A model generated the notes under the pieces. That model was not told the origin of the DNA. It ran no database searches and worked only from the letters and a program-made list of their open reading frames with translations. This document shows, piece after piece, positions 54,791-64,000 of a stretch of DNA of 64,000 nucleotides; position 1 is the stretch's first letter, and each line of letters opens with the position of its first letter. Made by a program: the position numbers and the translations under genes. The stretch comes from Octopus sinensis. Its lineage: Eukaryota. The stretch spans positions 30,132,001 to 30,196,000 of the forward strand of contig NC_042999.1 of the NCBI RefSeq assembly GCF_006345805.1, in the 5' to 3' direction.

Positions 54791-56399
54791 ACCTCGTCGG
54801 TGTGTCACAATTCTCGGCAAGGGGCGTGGAACGTTTCGAAATGCCGATAACAGCTGCGGAAACCTAAAATGAAATGATGGGTCAAAAGGCCCGCTAGGGT
54901 TTTCGGGAGCTGCAAACTTGAATCTCTCTAAAAGACTAACCCCTCCACGAAAAACTGAGGTTCTGTGCCTGTAGTAGAACTGATCTATTTCACCAATACA
55001 AATTAAAAGCAATAATAATACTTTAGTATTTTTTACAGTGGCACAGGTAACATATATTTTTGGACTGTGAATATTGCGGCCAAGAAAAAATCCTGTGTTT
55101 AAACTAACATTTATTCTGTAACATATTCAGTATTTTTTTCATGTAGGCAGTTTTGATTTGAATGTATTTTGAATTACAACTTCTAGAACGTTCTCATACA
55201 GATAAAATAAGAAGGAAAAAAAACAAACTAGCGCCATAAACATGATAATACTGGCTGGCAATGTGTAGGTTATACAGAATAATAAAACCAGCAAGTTATA
55301 TATGTCACACAGTAAGATATCTATATAAATTGTTTTTCTACTTTTATGAATATAGAATGATAATATATTGAAGTTTTCCTATATCTGCCCGCAAACGAAC
55401 AAAATTAATATCAGTTTAAATTGCTTCCAATATTCTGGGAAGATGGCTGCAGTATTTTACAAGACGTATATAAACTGTCTATCGATCTACGCAATGCAAA
55501 TAAACCATAGTAACGGGAGCAAACCGTTGCGTATCTATTTGGTTGCTAGATTTCCTAGAAATAAAATGCAAGTCCCCTCTGCCTTTATGAAATTTATGTT
55601 CAAAATCATAGGAAAATATTGTTTGGAATACATTTGTTTGTGACATACGCAACAAACGCTAATTTGAGCCAAAGCAACAATGCCAACAGAAATTAACGAT
55701 AGAAAATAGAAATTCCACTGTATGAAAGAAAATTTAGTAGGAACGAAGATTAAATGGAATATCTTCAATGTCTAACACAGAGACGATAAATATACATGCT
55801 AATAAGCTGAAAACAAACATTGAAATGCTTCAATGTGCACCGAATTCTAATGAACAGAATTTCATTTTCGAACATGGAGCTAATTTTGCTGAGGTTATCA
55901 GAGACCCTGTCATCGCACCACAACATAGCAATGTCCCTATCTCGAGTGATTAAGGCACAAACGATTTATTGAAAAACACAAGTATTATATTATTAGTAGC
56001 AATAGTTCAAAAGGTAAATCACTATGACCGGTAATCACTGGTTGTGATTTCGAGTCTCACGGCTGGCTCCTAAGAAACCTTTCTGCAAGGTAAGGATCTT
56101 CAATCAAGTGTTTGGGTTATTTCTGAACATGTTGTCCTTGAAGAATCTAACGAAGTTTTCATACCTTGCTGTGCGGACGGTTTTAGCACAAAGCATTTGC
56201 TTTCATGTTTTCTATGGTAGTACCAATGTCAAATACGGTTTTCACATATTAAAAAAAAATGTTTTTTGTAGGTTTGATTGTCTTGTCAAACTTAACTTTA
56301 CTTTAAACATTCCAAGTCAGACATAAGTAACTGAATTAGGTATTGAATAGGCTCTTGCCAAGAAGGCTTTTTATGTGTACCAATAATGTATCTATCGTT

Positions 56400-57050
56400 C
56401 ACCTGTCACATTTATTGCATTTATTCTGCCCATCTCTCAATTCATCGTTAGTTTTCTTGTGATCTTCTACACCTTGTATCGCTCATCGAGCAAGCTATCA
56501 CTGTTCCTCTCCTGTGGTTAATTAGATACTTCACCTCTGATTTCTGCTATGAGATGACAGTTATCAGCAGGAACAATATTTTTTGTTATTTTCTCTGCTG
56601 CTGTTATTTTCCAATACCTCTCATTTGATAGTCTGAAGTGAACCGACGCTTTTTCTTCTTGTCGTAGCTTGATCCAATAATCTTTTGTCCATGAGTTGAA
56701 AAAATTATTTCTACCTGTTGTTTATACATACGTTGTCAGTATCACCTTATACGAACACCATTTTTGTCTACAGGTTTGCTTAAGTAGTAACAACCCACGA
56801 CCCTAGCATTGACTTGTTTGTTCCATTTACGCCGTGTGCGCAGGACCATTGCTTCATAACGATAGGCTGGAGTCGGACCAGTATATCTGAGCTTGCCGGG
56901 AGCAACATTGTCACCATCAGGGGCTTTTGTTTCATTACCACCATTATTCATAATATTCTGCTTTTTCGTCGACACTCATATAAGGCAGCGAGTATCAGCT
57001 TGCGCAATTACCCGTATTTCCGTTGCGATATCATCACTAGATGCATCATC
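56400..57050 (-). mobile_element. R4/Dong N-terminal region remnant
   Basis: RTRRKWNKQVNARVVGCYYLSKP and KRLLDQ match the N-terminal motifs of R4/Dong proteins. Confidence 0.6.
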
Positions 57051-57322
57051 GATCAGGACATTGTGAGATTCCATCCGCTTCTCCTTGTTAATATCATCAC
57101 TGATATTATTATATTCATTGTTTGCTAACTGTCATTGTTCATACATCCTCTGGTACGAGTTTGGCTAATTGTCTTTAGCACATTCTTCTTAGTACTAGGT
57201 CCTCGTTTCTACTAGCGTGGAAAATTTGTTAGAGCACAACGTCTACAATTACAAACCAATATATGTAGTCAAACAAGAAAAGGAACAAGGGTATATATTT
57301 CTTTAATGCCATATATTTGGAG

Positions 57323-57327
<5 letters not shown>

Positions 57328-57400
<73 letters not shown>
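57328..57400. repeat. (TA)n flanking the 3' end of the Nematis-type element
   Basis: Direct reading. Confidence 0.97.
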
Positions 57401-57407
<7 letters not shown>

Positions 57408-57494
57408 TATTAGAGACAAAACCACTATTTTGCAAAACAAACAAGGAAAGACTTAATCAATACATAAAATTTTAATAAATATTCAAAAAAACCG

Positions 57495-57537
57495 CCACTA
57501 CAATTGTTTCTTGTCTTGATCGACAATTTTCAGGTGG
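57495..57537 (-). ncRNA. Hammerhead motif copy with a G8A core substitution (CTGAAAA), probably inactive
   Basis: Same as 13803-13845 except ttttcag instead of tcttcag. Confidence 0.65.
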
Positions 57538-57899
57538 ACTTCCAATCTAAAATATCAATATTTTAAAATATAAAAATAATAATTTTAAAATAATTGAAGT
57601 ATGAATGAAAAAATATAAATATATAATCCATATATAACCTATATATAATCCATATATAATCAATATATAAACAATATATAAACTAAAATAAACCTATCAA
57701 CAATTAAATATAAAATATAAAATATAAAATATAAAATATAAAACAAAACAAAAAAATAATAATAATATAATAATAAACTATATATACACCCATACACATA
57801 TACCTAATTATATATAACCATATCTAACTACATACACTAAATCACACACCTATATATATATCCCTATACATACACATAAAAACGTCTAGGCAACTATAA

Positions 57900-59860
57900 A
57901 TAAATAAAATAGCTAAATACTTCAACACAATACTTATTCATACTCCCACACACACATACAACCCACATTCACGCTCTAGAAAACGGACATCACTTAAAAT
58001 TATGAACGGAGAAATGGAATAAATGGAATTAAAAATTATATTCACTTGGTAAAACGAACACTACTTAAAAATTATGAATGAAACAATGCAATAAAACAAC
58101 AGACATCGCAAATAGACACAAATTACAAAGAATTCCTTAACAAACCTACCATGATAAACCAAAACTCATAAAAACATATAATGATAAAATCTCCCCTTAC
58201 TAAACTCTATAACATACCTATAGAGCAATCCCCCTAACCTAAACATTCACACACAAATACACACACGTAAACCACACACCCACGACATATACAAATACCC
58301 ACACCACTTACACATACCTATACATACATATAAACCTCAACATATACTCCAGAAACCCACTCAACCCCACACAGACAAATAAACACAAAAATTATGAATG
58401 GATTCTTTTATAAAACTACCATGATAAGCTAAAACTCACAAAACATAAATGATAAAACCTCCCTTCACTAAACACCATAACATACTTATATAGCAATCCC
58501 TTTAACCTATACATTCACACACAAATACACACACGTAAACCACACACCCATAACAAATACAAACACCCACCCCACTCACACACACCCACAAGTACATATA
58601 CGCCTCAACATATACACCAAACAAAATTACTTTACCAAGGAACTTAACATATGTATAAAAAGTATAACCGCTCTGGAAACGAACATCTTTTAAAATAATG
58701 AATGGAGAAATGGAATAAATGGAATTAAAAATAACATACACGTGGCAAAACGAACACCACTCAAAAATTATGAATGAAACAATGTAATAAAACAACCAAC
58801 ATCGAAAATAGACAAATTACCACGGATTCCCTAAAAAAAAACCATGATAAACCAAAACTCTTAAAAACATATAGCGATAAAATCTCCCTTTGCTAAACTC
58901 TATAACAAACCTATATAGCAATCCCCCTAACCTAAACATTCACACACAAAAAACACACACGTAAACCACAGACCCACGACTTATACACATACCTATACTA
59001 ACGTATAAACCTCAATATACACCAGAAACGCACTCCCTCCCCACACAGACAATTTAACACATACATCCCAAAACCTAAATAACAAACCCATATACACATT
59101 CACACACAAACACACACACACGCAACTCACACACACACAACAGATACATATACTCCCTCACATATACGCATATACATACTCACTAAACTCGATATATACA
59201 ACAATATTTACACACCCACACTCATACAGATAAATAAATTATACAACTAAAAACTCACACACAATCTCATATACATAAACACTCCAATAAAAAACAACAT
59301 TAAATACATCGTAATTAACCAGAATATCAAAAATAACAATATGACATAAGGAGAAATAAAATACATACTTACAAGTCAGTTTCAAATTATGAAGTGAAGT
59401 TAAATTCTTAGCCGTTAAAAAAATCAAACCAAAATTACGTTACCATAGAAATATAACTTATGTAAAAAAAGAATACGCGCCATGGAAAGTAAACGTCATT
59501 TAAAATTATGAATGGAGAAATAGAATAAATGTAACTAAAAACTATATCCACGTGGCAAACCAACACTACTTAAAAAAAATTTATTATGAATGGATTCTTT
59601 AATAAAACTACCATAATAAATTATTATATACAATTATGAGCTTTAGCTCATCTTAGCAGCTCTAACAAACAACTTGCAGTAACCCAAATCTATTCTCGAT
59701 GCATGGCTTACTACTACACTATTCCATTCCCAATTCCAAGCAACGCTAGCCCACCACCCGGTTACAATTCCCAACTCCACCCATTCATTCACAATTTCAA
59801 CGACGTTCACCTCCACAGCGCTACATATAAGCCTCAACATATACACCAGAGATTCACTTT
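57900..59860. repeat. A/C-rich higher-order tandem repeat (units of roughly 700-800 bp with internal subrepeats)
   Basis: atggagaaat.gaataaatg block at ~57975, 58671 and 59480; accatgataa block at ~58148, 58418, 58841 and 59610; cctcaacatatac at ~58335, 58603, 59008 and 59833. Confidence 0.8.
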
Positions 59861-59869
59861 CACATCCGT

Positions 59870-60620
59870 GCGGATGGGTGAGATTATACATTGAGTGTAG
59901 TGATGGGGCTCCCATTACTATACACATTTGTACCTGTGTGGTAGTCTCCATGTGTATATTCACGCACGGGTATAAATGCAGGGGGTACACGCGCACGGCA
60001 TGTACGTGTACCCCCTCACATGTACATATGCATGCTAGTTGGGCTCGATATGTGCAACAATGTAATCGCGCCCGCATACATGCATATGGGCGAGTTGCAC
60101 AATCAAAATACGCACACGTGTGTGTGTGTGCGTTCCCTGGTTGTGCAATTCACCCATCTGGGTGTGAGTGGGTGTAAGCGTATTGCTGTGGATGTCGAGC
60201 TTGATACGTATGTATATGAGTGTGTATTGGGGGGTTGTACGTATTTATTGTTTGCATGTGCTTCACGCACGTGCGTCCATGTATGGATGAATATATTGGG
60301 ATTGCTATGTGGGTGTAAATTGGGTATGGAGGGGGGAGTTTTGTCATTGTATGGGTGTAGGTTTCATTTGTGATGGTGGTTTGTTTGTGATTTGTAATAT
60401 GTTCTGTATATTTGGGTTAGTTATGTATTATTCTAGTGTGTATAATTGTATACATATGATTGGTGTGAGTGGGATTACGCCCATTTTTGGGGATATATGT
60501 ATTTATTCGTCCGTATGGGGCGGGAGTGGCCGTTTGGTGTATATGTTGAGGCTCACATGCAATTCCAGGTACGCGCGAATGAAGTGGGCACTTATATTTG
60601 TTATGGGCGTGTATACTTTA
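59870..60620. repeat. Inverted, G/T-rich copy of the upstream repeat units
   Basis: 60532-60612 aligns without gaps to the reverse complement of 58542-58622; composition flips at the palindrome catccgtgcggatg (~59868). Confidence 0.75.
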
Positions 60621-61059
60621 TTATAACAGACAATACCCAAATAAAATCTGTCAATTCAACATACCAAATAAAAAACAAAAAACAAAGGGATCGTAAACAT
60701 TCACACATACATACAAAACTCAATAAAAACACCACTAAATAACCCCCATCAACATATAAATATATCCTCCAAAATACATATAACAAATGCATAATAAAAA
60801 TACATAATAAAATAAAATAAAAATAAAAAAATATATAAATAAAGAAAATAAAAAAATCTAATATAAATTATTAAAGTTTTAACATACCTTAAACTGTTAT
60901 ATTAATATACATTAAAAATGAACTAATTAAAACAAAGAAATATCAATAAAGACTAACTATAATTAAAGCCTAGACTACATACCAAAAAATATTATCTAAA
61001 CTAATTTAAACTAAACTAAAGTAACCTAATAGGGAACTATTATTGCTATTTATCATGAA

Positions 61060-62011
61060 ACTTATTATATAGGTAAAGTAACTTATGTCTGCATTTTATT
61101 TTGCGCTCTTCACCAGTATTAAGTAAATTATCATACTTATAAAATAAAATTCTTTAAACTCATTAGAGCATAAATAACAACAATTAGCTCCTATAGTATA
61201 TGATTTAGTTTTACAAATTATTTACCAAATTAAACTATAATTAATATTTAGTGATTTAAGACTCCAAATGTACTTACTAAGTCCAGTTGAGTTGATTAAG
61301 TTTTTATTTTTAAAAGAATTCATATGTTGTGCGATTCTTAGTTTTATTTTTGAGGAAGTAGAACCTATATAAACCGCTTTTGGGTAATTATTATTCTTAA
61401 AGTTATTATCATGTAATGTAACTATACATTTATACACTACATCGTTAATATCACAATTATTATTTAATATACAATTAGATTTATCTCTACATGTACAATT
61501 AATATAAGTCTTATCATTATTAATATTATTATCAAATAATTTCTTTTTATAAAAATTATTCAGTTTATATTTATTAAATGAAGAAATAATGTTACCAACA
61601 TTATTAGTGGTAGAATAACCAACTCCAAAATTATTAAAAGAGAAAATGTTTCTATATTTACGATTAACTCTAATAAATAGTTCTATAACATCTAAAATCT
61701 CTTTAATAATATTCGTTTTTACTTGATCTCCATAAGGAACTATTAACCAAATTTTATTCTTAATAACCTTATTATTATTATCATTATTATAAATATATTT
61801 ATAATTCTTTATTTTATTAAAATTATTATCAAAATTATATCTATGTACAGCATTTAAGGAATTATTAATATTATTAATTTTATCAATATAATTATTATAA
61901 TAATTATTAAATTTATTTTTATTTTTATTATTCTTATTTATATTATTATTATTATTATTATATTTATTATTATTATTATTATTCTTATTTATATTTTTAT
62001 CATTTTTATTA
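61060..62011 (-). pseudogene. Asn-rich linker, Cys motif and GIY-YIG endonuclease of the same polyprotein in the -1 frame
   Basis: Open frame from ~62012 to the stop at 61222: N-rich run, KIWLIVPYGDQVKTNI, GYSTTNNVGNIISSFN, CTCRDKSNCILNNNC, VVYKCIV..VYIGST..KLRIAQH..STGLSKYIW. After the TAA it continues CCYLC. Confidence 0.85.
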
Positions 62012-63299
62012 TTTTTTTATAATATCTATTATTTTTACCACTAAACCTAACAAAATTATAATTATTATTAGAAGTATCTCGAAAATTATCAATTAAATCT
62101 TTATCACTAATATTATAAAATTTAATATTCCTATTATAACCTGCCCCTCTAAGGGTCTCATTATAATAATTAGCATGTTTATTAAAAATCCCTATATCAT
62201 AAGAGAGTAATGAAATACGTTTACTTATATTATTAATCAACGATTTTTTAATAGAAAATGGGTGATTACTATTAACATTTATATATCTAAGGTTCTCATT
62301 AAGTTTATGATATGGTTGTGTTTTACCTGTAATAAGATTAAAATTAACATGTAAATAATTAACATTATAATTCTCCTTATATATAGTAATACTTAAACCA
62401 TATCTTTTAAAGAAATTATATAGTTTTTTCTTATATACTTCTAGATTCCTATTAGTACAATTCTTTGTAACTAGTAGAAGATCGTCTCTATATAAACCAC
62501 CCTCTATCTTAAGATTTTCTAATTGGAGTTCAGATAAAAGAAAAATACCTACTAAATCAGTAGCCTGTGCAGAATCTGGTGCTCCCATAGGTATATCAAA
62601 ACAATCTCTAGTATCATTCCTAGCCCATAATTTATTTTTATATTTAATTAGCGATTTCCTAGCCATTGTAATTATATTAACTTCTTCCCGTGACATACCC
62701 ACTTTATTCATTGCGAAAATAAGCGCTTTATTAAACACAATTTCATTAATAGAAGAATAATAATTATCTATATCTATTTGAATAAATTTATAACGATTTT
62801 TATCTTTAATATTATTAAACCATTTCAATGTATTATTATTACTAAACCATAATTTCAAATAATTAAGTTTATTTAACTTATCAATATATTTATCTAAAAT
62901 AAATTTACTTAATTTACCTAGGTCCGATTTACATGGGCAAATTAATCTAACTTCAGGGTCTGAATAAAAATTATCTTTATGGTCTTTAAGAGTAATTCTG
63001 GGGTGCAAAGGTACATAAGGTTCAGTTTTATTATCCAACTCATATTTTAACATTACTACTTTAGAGGCCTTATTAATATTATAAAGAATATCATCTGGAA
63101 CAATTTTATATTTTTTAATTATTTCTTTTCCTAATAGTTTATCATATAATTTAACATCTAATTTATATAGGTTCCTTGTTTTATCAGATTGTACTATAAT
63201 ACCATCCATATTTCTCATATCTTTAATTTTAATTGCTAAATTCCTTAAATATTCATTATTTCTATTTGGGTATTTATGGAATTCAATATTTTTTACCAC
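61989..63299 (-). CDS. Penelope-like (Nematis-type) reverse transcriptase, 436-aa ORF; frame is open upstream to ~63479
   Basis: SDKTRNLY, PRITLKDHKDNF..P.VRLICPCKSDLGKLSK, IDIDNYYSSI, FDIPMGAPDSAQATDLVG, GGLYRDDLL, YINVNSNHP; upstream in frame DFISRIKWKAF..KSRKEPP. Confidence 0.9.
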   Translation of the reverse strand: MVKNIEFHKYPNRNNEYLRNLAIKIKDMRNMDGIIVQSDKTRNLYKLDVKLYDKLLGKEIIKKYKIVPDDILYNINKASKVVMLKYELDNKTEPYVPLHPRITLKDHKDNFYSDPEVRLICPCKSDLGKLSKFILDKYIDKLNKLNYLKLWFSNNNTLKWFNNIKDKNRYKFIQIDIDNYYSSINEIVFNKALIFAMNKVGMSREEVNIITMARKSLIKYKNKLWARNDTRDCFDIPMGAPDSAQATDLVGIFLLSELQLENLKIEGGLYRDDLLLVTKNCTNRNLEVYKKKLYNFFKRYGLSITIYKENYNVNYLHVNFNLITGKTQPYHKLNENLRYINVNSNHPFSIKKSLINNISKRISLLSYDIGIFNKHANYYNETLRGAGYNRNIKFYNISDKDLIDNFRDTSNNNYNFVRFSGKNNRYYKKIIKMIKI

Positions 63300-63477
63300 C
63301 TTCCATATACTATCTTCAAGTAATTGTAATTCTTTATTAAATGGAGGTTCCTTTCTAGATTTAAATTTAGAGGTAAAATTATCATTCCTACTATCAATAT
63401 CATTAAATAAATAAAAATTATAGTAAAAAGCTTTCCATTTAATTCTAGAAATAAAATCTTTAACATTATTAACAAAT

Positions 63478-63480
63478 ATA

Positions 63481-63569
<89 letters not shown>

Positions 63570-63577
63570 GTGTGTTT
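63478..63577. repeat. (TA)n(TG)n microsatellite
   Basis: Direct reading. Confidence 0.95.
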
Positions 63578-63607
63578 GTTCTTAACACAGCTGATATACC
63601 CTCCCAT

Positions 63608-63688
63608 GGGCATATGGTGTACTGGTTAAGAGCGCGACTTCTAGCCCCAAGATTCAGAGTTTGATACCAGGCAGTGACCTGAAAAATA

Positions 63689-63724
<36 letters not shown>

Positions 63725-63735
63725 TTAATAATAAA
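63608..63735 (+). mobile_element. tRNA-like SINE head followed directly by (AAT)n
   Basis: gggcatatggtgtactggttaagagcgcg..gagtttgataccaggc has decayed A and B boxes, then an AAT tail at 63685-63735. Confidence 0.55.
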
Positions 63736-63739
63736 CACA

Positions 63740-63874
63740 AATGAAAGAGATAATAAAGAAACAATACTATAGACGAGTTAGATCAATACTAAGAAGAGAC
63801 CTCAATGCTAAAAACAAGATCATATATATTAACACTTTAGTATTCCCAGTTATAAGTCGCAGCTACTTTACGAA

Positions 63875-63909
<35 letters not shown>

Positions 63910-64000
63910 AAGAGAAGCGGAAAAAGAAGAAGAAGAAAAAGAAGAAGAAGAAAACAAAAGGTATGAAACAAATGAAATCCAAACTAAAACTAGAACAGCA
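63740..64000 (+). mobile_element. R4/Dong fragment interrupted by (GAA)n, running off the window
   Basis: MKEIIKKQYYRRVRSILRRDLNAKNKII.INTL..PVI and QMKSKLKLEQ, homologous to the 46150-48810 copy. Confidence 0.75.

Larger units (their letters stand above)
57401..63477 (-). mobile_element. Penelope-like element, Nematis-type, slightly 5'-truncated, (TA)n on both sides
   Basis: RT and GIY-YIG coding region 61060-63479, long repetitive 3' region, HHR-bearing terminus 57401-57546; (TA)n at 57328-57400 and 63478-63552. Whether all of the long 3' region belongs to the element is inferred. Confidence 0.75.

Noticed and set aside
57550-61060. Mitochondrial insertion (NUMT) or control region, suggested by A/C strand skew
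   Set aside because: No mitochondrial gene, tRNA or rRNA sequence is recognisable; the region lies between PLE coding sequence and a PLE terminus.
62012-62018. Programmed -1 frameshift between RT and endonuclease (and likewise at the C9 run 26939-26947)
   Set aside because: The A7 run does not fit X XXY YYZ in frame. PLE ORFs are normally continuous, and homopolymer slippage or sequencing error is simpler for both sites.

Overview
AT-rich, microsatellite-dense animal DNA with no recognisable host exon. The repeat repertoire (tRNA-headed SINEs with internal TA/TG tracts, many R4/Dong LINEs, mariners, Penelope-like elements) looks like a coleoid cephalopod such as octopus; that assignment is inference. 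Almost everything identifiable is a retroelement or DNA-transposon remnant. Highlights: (1) a ~6.1 kb Nematis-type Penelope-like element (57401-63477, minus) with RT and GIY-YIG split by one homopolymer frameshift, a ~3.6 kb repetitive 3' region and a terminal hammerhead-ribozyme (HHR) motif; (2) a 329-bp near-perfect palindrome (13706-14034) of two head-to-head copies of that same terminus, each with an intact-core minimal HHR; (3) several other HHR-like motifs from different families, mostly near (TA)n; (4) a ~2 kb ORF1-only (gag/CCHC, no RT) Tx1-like element inserted with an apparent target-site duplication into the tRNA head of a SINE; (5) a same-strand stack of R4/Dong LINEs separated by (TTA)n. 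Most ORF-track entries are microsatellite artefacts. All calls are by eye and boundaries of decayed elements are approximate.
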